A DNA stretch of 64,000 nt, from NCBI GenBank assembly GCA_963749075.1, contig CAVVLJ010000016.1, positions 864,001 through 928,000 of the forward strand, written 5' to 3'. Source of the stretch: an uncultured Pseudomonadota bacterium. Its GTDB lineage: Bacteria; Pseudomonadota; Alphaproteobacteria; JACZXZ01. Below, piece by piece: positions 8,880 to 16,555 of the stretch. A program made the position numbers and the translations under genes. Each line of letters starts with the position of its first letter. Position 1 is the stretch's first letter. Below the pieces are notes generated by a model that searched no databases, was not told where the DNA came from, and saw nothing but the letters and a program-made list of their open reading frames with translations.

Positions 8880-10874
8880 TCAATCGCCGGCGGCGCCCAC
8901 GGCTCCGGCTGGGAGACGCCGGCGTGCCGGCGCGCCGACCCTGTAGCGGCGGTCGCTGAGGGAGACCAGGCCGCCGAACACCATGACGACCGCGCCGAAC
9001 CAGATCCACGGCGCCAGCGGATTGTTGTAGAGCCGCATCGTCCAGCCGCCCTTGCCGTCGGCATCGCCGAGCACGACGTAGAGATCGCTGAAGCCGGTGG
9101 TGCGGATCGCCGTCTGGGTCTCGTTGGTGTCGTCGCCCGCGACCGAGAAGAGGCGCTTCTCGGGATGCATCGTGGCGATCTCCTTGCCGTCCCTGCGCAC
9201 CACGACGGTGGCTCGGTCGGCGCGGAAATTGGCGCCCGCGACGGGCTCGACGTCCGCGAGGGTCACCTGATAGCCGGCGATCTCGGTCGCCTCGCCCACC
9301 CGCATGGTGCGGATATCCTCGGCCTTCCACGCGGTCGTGCCGATGATGCCGGCGAACACGATGCCGAGGCCGGCATGGGCAAGCGTGGTGCCGTAGCAGG
9401 AGCGCGGCAGATGGAGCGCCCGCTGCCAGCTCTCCGCGGCGGGCGCGCGCCCGATGCGCAGGCGCTCGGCGAGCTCGACGAGGGCGCCGACGAAGACCCA
9501 GGCGGCCAGCGCCATGCCGAAGACGGCGAGGAGCGGCCCGCCGCCGTGGAGATACCAGGCGACGGCAGCGGCCAGAACCGCGGCGACGCCCGCGAGCCAC
9601 AGGCGCTCGAGGGCGCCCAGGAGATCGGCACGCTTCCACGCCATGAGCGGCCCCAGCACCACCACGACGAGGAGCGGCGTCATGATCGGGGTGAAGGTCA
9701 TGTTGAAGAAGGGGGCGCCGACCGAGATCTTGGGGCCGCCGACCGCGTCGAGGAAGAGGGGATAGAGCGTCCCGATGAAGACCGTCGCGGCGGCGCACGA
9801 GAGCAGGAGGTTGTTGAGGAGAAGCGCACCCTCGCGGCTCACCGGCGCGAAGAGCCCGCCGCCCTGGAGCGTCGGCGCGCGCACGGCATAGAGGATGAGC
9901 GAGCCGCCGATGGCGACCACCAGGAGCCCGAGGATGAAGACGCCGCGCGTCGGATCCGTGGCGAAGGCATGCACCGAGGTGAGCACGCCCGAGCGCACCA
10001 GGAAGGTGCCGATGAGGCTCAGCGAGAAGGTGACGATGGCGAGGAGGATGGTCCAGCTCTTGAGCGCGTTGCGCCGCTCGACCACGATCGCCGAGTGCAG
10101 CAGTGCCGTGCCGGCGAGCCAGGGCATGAAGGAGGCGTTCTCGACCGGGTCCCAGAACCAGAAGCCGCCCCAGCCGAGGGTGTAATAGGCCCACCAGCTC
10201 CCCATGGCGATGCCGAGCGTGAGCACGCACCAGGCGGCCAGCGTCCACGGCCGCACCCAGCGCGCCCAGGCGGCGTCCACGCGGCCCTCGATCAGCGCCG
10301 CGACCGCGAAGGAGAAGGCCATCGAGAAGCCGACGTAGCCGAGATAGAGGAAGGGCGGATGGAAGGCGAGGCCCGGATCCTGGAGAAGCGGGTTCAGCCC
10401 GCGTCCGTCCGGCGGCGGCGGAAAGATGCGCGCAAAGGGGTTCGAGGTCAGGAGGATGAAGGTGAGGAAGCCCACCGCGATCATCGCCTGCACGGCGAGC
10501 ACGCGCGCCTGGAGGGCCGGCGGCAGGTTGCCGCCAAATGTCGCGACGCCGGCCCCGAAGAAGGTGAGGATGAGCACCCAGAGGACCATCGAGCCCTCGT
10601 GGTTGCCCCACACGCCCGCCACCTTGTAGAGGAGCGGCATGTCGGAGTGGGAATACTCGTAGGCGGTGAAGACCGAGAAGTCGGAGGTGACGAAGGCATT
10701 GATGAGCGCCAGGAAGGCGATGAGCACGAGGACGAATTGCACCTGGGCGGCCGGCCGCGCGAGTGCTATGAGCGGCCCATTGGCCCGCGCGGCGCCATAG
10801 AGCGGCACCGTCGCCTGCACCACGGCGATCAGCAGCGCCAGCACGAGTGCAAAATGGCCGATTTCGGCGATCAT
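8880..10874 (-). CDS. ccmF: Heme lyase CcmF/NrfE subunit
   Basis: WGNHEGS, LNPLLQDPGLAFHPP, WGGFWFWDPVENASFMPW, SVHAF. Confidence 0.97.
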   Translation of the reverse strand: MIAEIGHFALVLALLIAVVQATVPLYGAARANGPLIALARPAAQVQFVLVLIAFLALINAFVTSDFSVFTAYEYSHSDMPLLYKVAGVWGNHEGSMVLWVLILTFFGAGVATFGGNLPPALQARVLAVQAMIAVGFLTFILLTSNPFARIFPPPPDGRGLNPLLQDPGLAFHPPFLYLGYVGFSMAFSFAVAALIEGRVDAAWARWVRPWTLAAWCVLTLGIAMGSWWAYYTLGWGGFWFWDPVENASFMPWLAGTALLHSAIVVERRNALKSWTILLAIVTFSLSLIGTFLVRSGVLTSVHAFATDPTRGVFILGLLVVAIGGSLILYAVRAPTLQGGGLFAPVSREGALLLNNLLLSCAAATVFIGTLYPLFLDAVGGPKISVGAPFFNMTFTPIMTPLLVVVVLGPLMAWKRADLLGALERLWLAGVAAVLAAAVAWYLHGGGPLLAVFGMALAAWVFVGALVELAERLRIGRAPAAESWQRALHLPRSCYGTTLAHAGLGIVFAGIIGTTAWKAEDIRTMRVGEATEIAGYQVTLADVEPVAGANFRADRATVVVRRDGKEIATMHPEKRLFSVAGDDTNETQTAIRTTGFSDLYVVLGDADGKGGWTMRLYNNPLAPWIWFGAVVMVFGGLVSLSDRRYRVGAPARRRLPAGAVGAAGD

Positions 10875-11035
10875 CCCACGTCCACCCTTGTTCGGCCGCG
10901 CCGCGCAAAGCCCGCGGCTGTCCGGATGTTGCGTCGCAAACAGAACCTTTAGCGGACGCCCGCGGCGACCGCGTATACACTCTAGCGCGGAATGGCAGCG
11001 CCGGCCAAGCCGTAGTCGCCGCACGGAGCAGCCCC

Positions 11036-12187
11036 ATGCAAGCTCTCGCCTTTGCCCCGCCGCCGCCGTCGCCTGGGGCGGAGGCGCTCCGCGCCGAGGT
11101 GCGCGCCTTCCTGACGCGCGAGCTCGCCGGGCGCACGGCGCGCGAGCGGGCCGAGTCCTGGAGCGGCTTCGATCCCGAGTTCTCCCGTAAGCTCGGCCGC
11201 CGCGGCTGGATCGCCATGACCTGGCCCAAACGCTACGGCGGCCATGAGAAGAGCGCCCTCGAGCGCTACGTCGTGCTCGAGGAGCTGCTCGCGGCCGGCG
11301 CTCCGGTGAGCGCCCATTGGACGGCGGACCGCCAGAGCGGGCCGCTCATCCTGCGCTTCGGCAGCGAGGCGCAGCGCATGGCGGTGCTGCCGCGCATCGC
11401 CGCGGGCGAGTGCTCCATCTGCATCGGCATGAGCGAGCCCGATTCCGGCTCCGACCTCGCCTCGGTGCGCACCCGTGCGACAGCGGCCCCGGGCGGCTAC
11501 CGGGTGAGCGGCACCAAGCTTTGGACCTCGCACGCCCATCGCGCCCACTTCATGATCCTCTTCTGCCGCACGGGTGCCGCGGAGGCCGGCGACCGCCACG
11601 GCGGGATGAGCCAGTTCCTCGTCGATCTCAAGACGCCGGGCATCGCCATCAGGCCGATCCGCAACCTCGCGGGCGAGCATCACTTCAACGAGGTGGCGTT
11701 CGACGACGTGCTGCTGCCCGAGGGTGCGCTCATCGGCGAGCTCGGCCAAGGCTGGCGCCAGGTGACGAGCGAGCTCGCCTTCGAGCGCAGCGGGCCGGAG
11801 CGCTTCCTCTCGACCTTCACCCTCCTCGTCGAGCTGGTGCGCGCACTCGGGCCCGAGCCCTCGGAGCATGCCAGGGCCGTCCTCGGCCGCATCATGGCCC
11901 ATATCGTGACGCTGCGGCGCCTCTCGCGCTCGGTCGCCGGCATGCTGCAGGCAGGCGCCGATCCCGCCTTGCAGGCGGCCGTCGTCAAGGACCTGGGCAC
12001 CCTCCTCGAGCAGGAGATCCCCGAGTTGGCACGTCAGCTCGTGGCGACCGAGCCCGCCGCCGCCTCGAGCGAGGCCCTTCCGGCCGTGCTCGCGGCGACT
12101 ATCCTTTACGCGCCGTCCTTCTCGATCCGCGGCGGCACGCGGGAGATCCTGCGCGGTATCATCGCGCGCGGCCTGGGCTTGAGATGA
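11036..12187 (+). CDS. Acyl-CoA dehydrogenase
   Basis: IGMSEPDSGSDLAS, GTKLWTS, HFNEV.FDDV, FERSGPE, IRGGTREILR. Confidence 0.93.
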   Translation: MQALAFAPPPPSPGAEALRAEVRAFLTRELAGRTARERAESWSGFDPEFSRKLGRRGWIAMTWPKRYGGHEKSALERYVVLEELLAAGAPVSAHWTADRQSGPLILRFGSEAQRMAVLPRIAAGECSICIGMSEPDSGSDLASVRTRATAAPGGYRVSGTKLWTSHAHRAHFMILFCRTGAAEAGDRHGGMSQFLVDLKTPGIAIRPIRNLAGEHHFNEVAFDDVLLPEGALIGELGQGWRQVTSELAFERSGPERFLSTFTLLVELVRALGPEPSEHARAVLGRIMAHIVTLRRLSRSVAGMLQAGADPALQAAVVKDLGTLLEQEIPELARQLVATEPAAASSEALPAVLAATILYAPSFSIRGGTREILRGIIARGLGLR

Positions 12188-12218
12188 CGGCTGCATGACG
12201 GGAGGAGAAGGAGGGGCC

Positions 12219-13022
12219 ATGGCCGAGGAGCCGGTGCTTTACGCGGAGGAGGGCGGCATCGTCACGCTGACGCTGAACCGCCCGGAGCTGCGCAACGCGA
12301 TCACGGACGGCGACATCATCGAGCGGCTGGTGGAGGCGGTCGAGCGCATGAACGCCGACATGGGCGTGCGCGCCGCCATCCTGACCGGCGCTGGGAGCGC
12401 CTTCTGCTCGGGCGGCAACCTGAAGCGCATGGCCGAGCGCGCGGGCCCCGGCGCCGAGGCGCCGGTCGAATCGCGGCGCTGGTACAAGCTCGGCATCCAC
12501 CGCATCCCGTTGGCACTCGAGCGGCTCGAGGTGCCCATCATCGCCGCGGTCAACGGCCCCGCCATCGGCGCCGGCTGCGATCTCGCCTGCATGTGCGACA
12601 TCCGCATCGCCGGCGAGAGTGCGCGCTTCGCCGAGAGCTTCGTCAAGCTCGGCATCATCTCGGGCGACGGCGGCGCCTGGCTCCTGCCGCGCGTGGTCGG
12701 CTTCTCCAAGGCGAGCGAGATGACCTATACGGGAGATGCGATCGACGCGCGCGAGGCGCTCGCCTGCGGGCTCGTCTCGCGGGTGGTGCCCGATGCCGAG
12801 CTCATGCCCGCGGCGAAGGCGCTCGCCCAGCGCATCGCGGCCAATCCGCCCCATGCGGTGCGCATGACCAAGCGCCTCCTCCACGAGGGCCGCCACATGC
12901 GGCTCGACAGCCTGCTCGAGCTCGCGGCGGCCATGCAGTCGCTCGCCCACGCCACGGCCGACCACAAGGAGGCTGTCACCGCATTCCTCGAGAAGCGCAA
13001 GCCGAGCTTCAAGGGGGATTAG
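12219..13022 (+). CDS. Crotonase / enoyl-CoA hydratase family
   Basis: LTLNRPELRNA, AFCSGGNL, AAVNGPAIGAGCDLACMCDIR. Confidence 0.93.
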   Translation: MAEEPVLYAEEGGIVTLTLNRPELRNAITDGDIIERLVEAVERMNADMGVRAAILTGAGSAFCSGGNLKRMAERAGPGAEAPVESRRWYKLGIHRIPLALERLEVPIIAAVNGPAIGAGCDLACMCDIRIAGESARFAESFVKLGIISGDGGAWLLPRVVGFSKASEMTYTGDAIDAREALACGLVSRVVPDAELMPAAKALAQRIAANPPHAVRMTKRLLHEGRHMRLDSLLELAAAMQSLAHATADHKEAVTAFLEKRKPSFKGD

Positions 13023-13309
13023 CGGAGCCGCAGGGAGACGGCGCGGGAGGCCCGGCGCGCACGCCGAGCTGGTGAACCGTCACTCGCCGCCGGCACGACC
13101 TCCCTCTCGCCCTCCGTGGCAAAACCTAATGCGTCACCCACGCCCGCCGCCTGTGGACAGCCGGCTGCGGAGCACGTACACTTATTGCGAGTAAAAGCCG
13201 CGCCCATAGGGGGTCGGAGCGGCCGGCGGATCGCAACAAGATCGTCGATCGGCGCACCTGCCATCCGCCCGCCGTCCGGGAGGCGGGCACGTGGTCGAGG
13301 GAAGGCGTC

Positions 13310-14767
13310 ATGCGGCACATGGTGCTCGTCATCTCCGATCTTCATTTCGAGGAGGAGGCCGCCGACATCATCGGGACGCCGGGGACTCCCGGCGCCATCG
13401 ACTTCCGCAGGAACGTCCCGGGGCGGGCCTTCGAGGAAATGATGGTCGATGTCATGGGCATGGCGGAGACCCACGAGGCCGACAAATTGGACTTCGTCCT
13501 GGCCGGCGATATTTTCGATTTGCACCGGACCCAGCTTTGGTTCTCGCAGGCCGGCGCCCCGTCCTCGCCTCTGCGCCCCTATGTCGATTGCGGCGATGTC
13601 CGCGCGGGCTCGCCGCTCGAGGCGAAAATCCTCTCGGTCCTGGATCATATCGTCGCCGAGCCGGACGTGAGCCGCAGCCTCGCCGTCTTCCGCCGGTTGG
13701 CGGGCAATGAATTTCTGGCGAAGCCGGACGACCCGGGGTCGAGCCGGAAATGCGGCTTTCCGACCGAGCTGCATTACTTCCCCGGCAACCACGACCGCCT
13801 CGCCAACGCCACGCCGGACATCCGGAGCCGTATCCGCGGGCTCCTCGGCCTGCCGCCCGATCACGGCTCCTTCTCGCATCAGCTCATCCTTTCGGATCCG
13901 CCGATCCTGATCCGGCACGGGCATGAATACGACCGCTTCAATTTCGCCGTTGATCTGCGCAAGCAAAAGATCGCCGTCTCGCTTCCCGACGTTTGCTACG
14001 ACACGGCGACTTTCGGCGATTTCATCACGGTCATGGTCGCCGCGCGGCTGCCCAACCTCTTCCGCTCGATGAAGGGCGACGCCGTCATCCTCGATGATCC
14101 CGTGCTGCAGGCCATCTATTGCCGGCTGCTCGAATTCGATGATCTCCGGCCGCAATCCAAGATCGTCGATTTCTTTCTCAACACCACGGTTCCTCGGCAT
14201 TTGCGCGCGAGATTTGCAGACCGCGCGGATTGGCAACGGCAGATCTGGAAGGAGGTCGAGCCCGTTGTGAGACGGCTGCTCGACGAGGTGGTGTCCGACC
14301 CCTACTTCCTGCGCTGGAGCAGGCGGCTTCTCAAATTCTACCTGCGATGGCTGATGCGCGCGCGGCCCTGGCGCTTCGGCATTCCGCTGTGGGCCGTGCG
14401 GTTTGCCCGTTACTTTCTCGGCAGCGGGGACGACGGGCCGCAAACCTTCGCCGCGCGCGAGGAGGCGCTCGAGACCGAGGCGGCCTGCTTCATCGTGGCG
14501 GGGCATACGCATAAGCCGAACGTCGCGCATCTCTTCACGCAACACCATCTCAAGAAATATTTCGTCGACACGGGAACCTGGCGGAACGCCATCCTGGCGG
14601 GCACGAACAAGTCCTCCTATGGGCGGGTGAATGCCACGACCTATGTGGCGTTCTACGGCGCGGAGCCGGCGCCGGGCGGCGCCACGCACGTCGCGGGTCC
14701 CGAGCGCGGGTTCGAGTTCTGGACCGGCTTCAATCAGAATTGGCCAGTCGACGGCTACGACCAGTAG
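13310..14767 (+). CDS. Uncharacterised calcineurin-like metallophosphoesterase with a large insertion
   Basis: All five motifs present: ISDLH, AGDIFD, GNHD, HGHEYD, GHTH; C-terminal DTGTWR. Confidence 0.8.
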   Translation: MRHMVLVISDLHFEEEAADIIGTPGTPGAIDFRRNVPGRAFEEMMVDVMGMAETHEADKLDFVLAGDIFDLHRTQLWFSQAGAPSSPLRPYVDCGDVRAGSPLEAKILSVLDHIVAEPDVSRSLAVFRRLAGNEFLAKPDDPGSSRKCGFPTELHYFPGNHDRLANATPDIRSRIRGLLGLPPDHGSFSHQLILSDPPILIRHGHEYDRFNFAVDLRKQKIAVSLPDVCYDTATFGDFITVMVAARLPNLFRSMKGDAVILDDPVLQAIYCRLLEFDDLRPQSKIVDFFLNTTVPRHLRARFADRADWQRQIWKEVEPVVRRLLDEVVSDPYFLRWSRRLLKFYLRWLMRARPWRFGIPLWAVRFARYFLGSGDDGPQTFAAREEALETEAACFIVAGHTHKPNVAHLFTQHHLKKYFVDTGTWRNAILAGTNKSSYGRVNATTYVAFYGAEPAPGGATHVAGPERGFEFWTGFNQNWPVDGYDQ

Positions 14768-14790
14768 CGGCCCCGGCCAAGGGGCGGGCA

Positions 14791-16509
14791 ATGGCGGAAT
14801 ACGACTACGACGTCGTGGTGATCGGCAGCGGCTTCGGCGGCTCGATCGCCGCCTGCCGGACGGCCATGAAATGGCCGGGCCGCGTGCTCCTGCTCGAGCG
14901 CGGCAAGCGCTATCCGATGGGATCCTTCCCGCGCACGCCTCGCGCGCTGGCGGCCAATTTCTGGAACCTGCCATCGGAAGATCGCGCCCGTCCCGCGCAT
15001 GTCGCGAAGCATGAGCTGCACGGTATGTTCGACATCCGCAACTACCGCCACCTCGACGCCGTCCTATGCGCCGGCCTCGGCGGCGGCTCGCTGATCTACG
15101 CCAATGTCTTTCTCGAGCCGCCCAAGGAAGTCTTCGCGGCGGGCTGGCCGAAGGCGCTGAGCATGGACATGCTGGTACCCTATTACGCCGTGGCCAAGTC
15201 CGTGCTGGGGGCAAGGACGATCCCGCAGAACGGCGACCCGCGCCGCGATATTCTTCGCACGAGGCTGTTCGAGGAGGTGGCGCGGCATCAGGGACGCTCG
15301 ACCCGGCTCGCGGAGATCAACGTCTTTTTCGGCAACGATTTCGAGACCCCGCTCGAGATCGGGGTGCAAGAGCGCAATCGCTACGGCGCATTGCAGACCT
15401 CCTGCGTCTACTGCGGCGAATGCGATGTCGGCTGCAACACGCATTCGAAGAACACGCTCGACCTCAACTACCTTCACGTTGCCGAGAAGCACCACGGGGC
15501 GAAGGTCCTCACCGAGCATCTGGCGACGAGGATCGCGCCGGCGGGGACGGACGGCAGGGATGACCCGACGACCGCGGGCGAGAGCGGCTACCGCGTCTAT
15601 TTCGACGATCTCGCCGCCGGAACGTCGTCGTCGGTGCTTGCGCGACGGGTGGTCGTCTCGTCGGGCGCGATGGGATCGACGGAGCTCCTCATGCGCTGCC
15701 GCGACGTGCACGGCACGCTGCCCCATATCTCGCTTGAGCTCGGCCGCCGCTTCTCGGCCAACGGCGACTTCCTCTCCTTCGTCGTCGCCGGCAAGAAGCC
15801 GGCCGATCCGAATTACGGCCCGGTGATCACCCGCTACATCGATTACAACCTTTTCACGGGCTTCGATCGCGACCGTGCCTTCATCCTCGAGGACGCCGCC
15901 TATCCCGCTTTCGCCGCCTGGTATGTCGAAGGCGTGCGGCCGGCGCTGACGACAATCCCGGCGATCGCGAAGGCGCTTGCCCATCTGGTGAGACGCTGGC
16001 TCGGGGGCGCCTCGCTGGGGCGGATGGGGTTCCTCTTCGCCGATGTCCTCAAAGGCGACCTGTCCTTCCACAGCGCCGTGCTTCTCTGCATGGGCCTCGA
16101 CCAAGCCACCGGCAGGATGGCGCTCAATCGCAACGGCTACCTCGAGATCGACTGGCCCTATCGTGACAGCCTGCCGCTCTACGATGCGATCAACCGGACG
16201 GCGCGCGCCTTCGGCCGGGAGATCGGAGCGCAGGCGGTGACGGCCCTCCCCAACTGGTGGTGGCCGCTGCGCAAGAACATCACCGTCCACTCGCTCGGCG
16301 GCTGCCGCCTGGGCGACGATGCGCGGGCCGGCGTGACCGACGCCGCGCCCGGCCGGATGGGGCAGGTCTTCGGCTATGCCGGCCTTTACGTGGCCAACGG
16401 CTCGATCGTCCCGACGGCGCTCGGCGCGAACCCGGTGGCGACGATCTCGGCGCTTTCGGAGATGGTGGCCGAGGGCATCACCGGTATTGCGCCGACGGCG
16501 GCGTTGTGA
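14791..16509 (+). CDS. GMC oxidoreductase, cholesterol-oxidase-like (ChoD-type)
   Basis: GSGFGG, LLERG, GLGGGSLIYANV, CVYCGECDVGC, SKNTLDLNYL, TVHSLGG, GANPVATI. Confidence 0.9.
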   Translation: MAEYDYDVVVIGSGFGGSIAACRTAMKWPGRVLLLERGKRYPMGSFPRTPRALAANFWNLPSEDRARPAHVAKHELHGMFDIRNYRHLDAVLCAGLGGGSLIYANVFLEPPKEVFAAGWPKALSMDMLVPYYAVAKSVLGARTIPQNGDPRRDILRTRLFEEVARHQGRSTRLAEINVFFGNDFETPLEIGVQERNRYGALQTSCVYCGECDVGCNTHSKNTLDLNYLHVAEKHHGAKVLTEHLATRIAPAGTDGRDDPTTAGESGYRVYFDDLAAGTSSSVLARRVVVSSGAMGSTELLMRCRDVHGTLPHISLELGRRFSANGDFLSFVVAGKKPADPNYGPVITRYIDYNLFTGFDRDRAFILEDAAYPAFAAWYVEGVRPALTTIPAIAKALAHLVRRWLGGASLGRMGFLFADVLKGDLSFHSAVLLCMGLDQATGRMALNRNGYLEIDWPYRDSLPLYDAINRTARAFGREIGAQAVTALPNWWWPLRKNITVHSLGGCRLGDDARAGVTDAAPGRMGQVFGYAGLYVANGSIVPTALGANPVATISALSEMVAEGITGIAPTAAL

Positions 16510-16555
16510 CAAGCCGCCCCCGGCCGCCTATCAAGGATGCAAAGGGGACGCGACC

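Noticed and set aside
8610-11229. Long ORFs 8610..10952(+) and 8677..11229(-), and similar ones such as 13019..15214(-), 37820..39688(-) and 50071..52374(+)
   Set aside because: Antisense or alternate-frame shadows of clear genes, expected at this GC content; Arg/Gly/Ala-rich with no motifs
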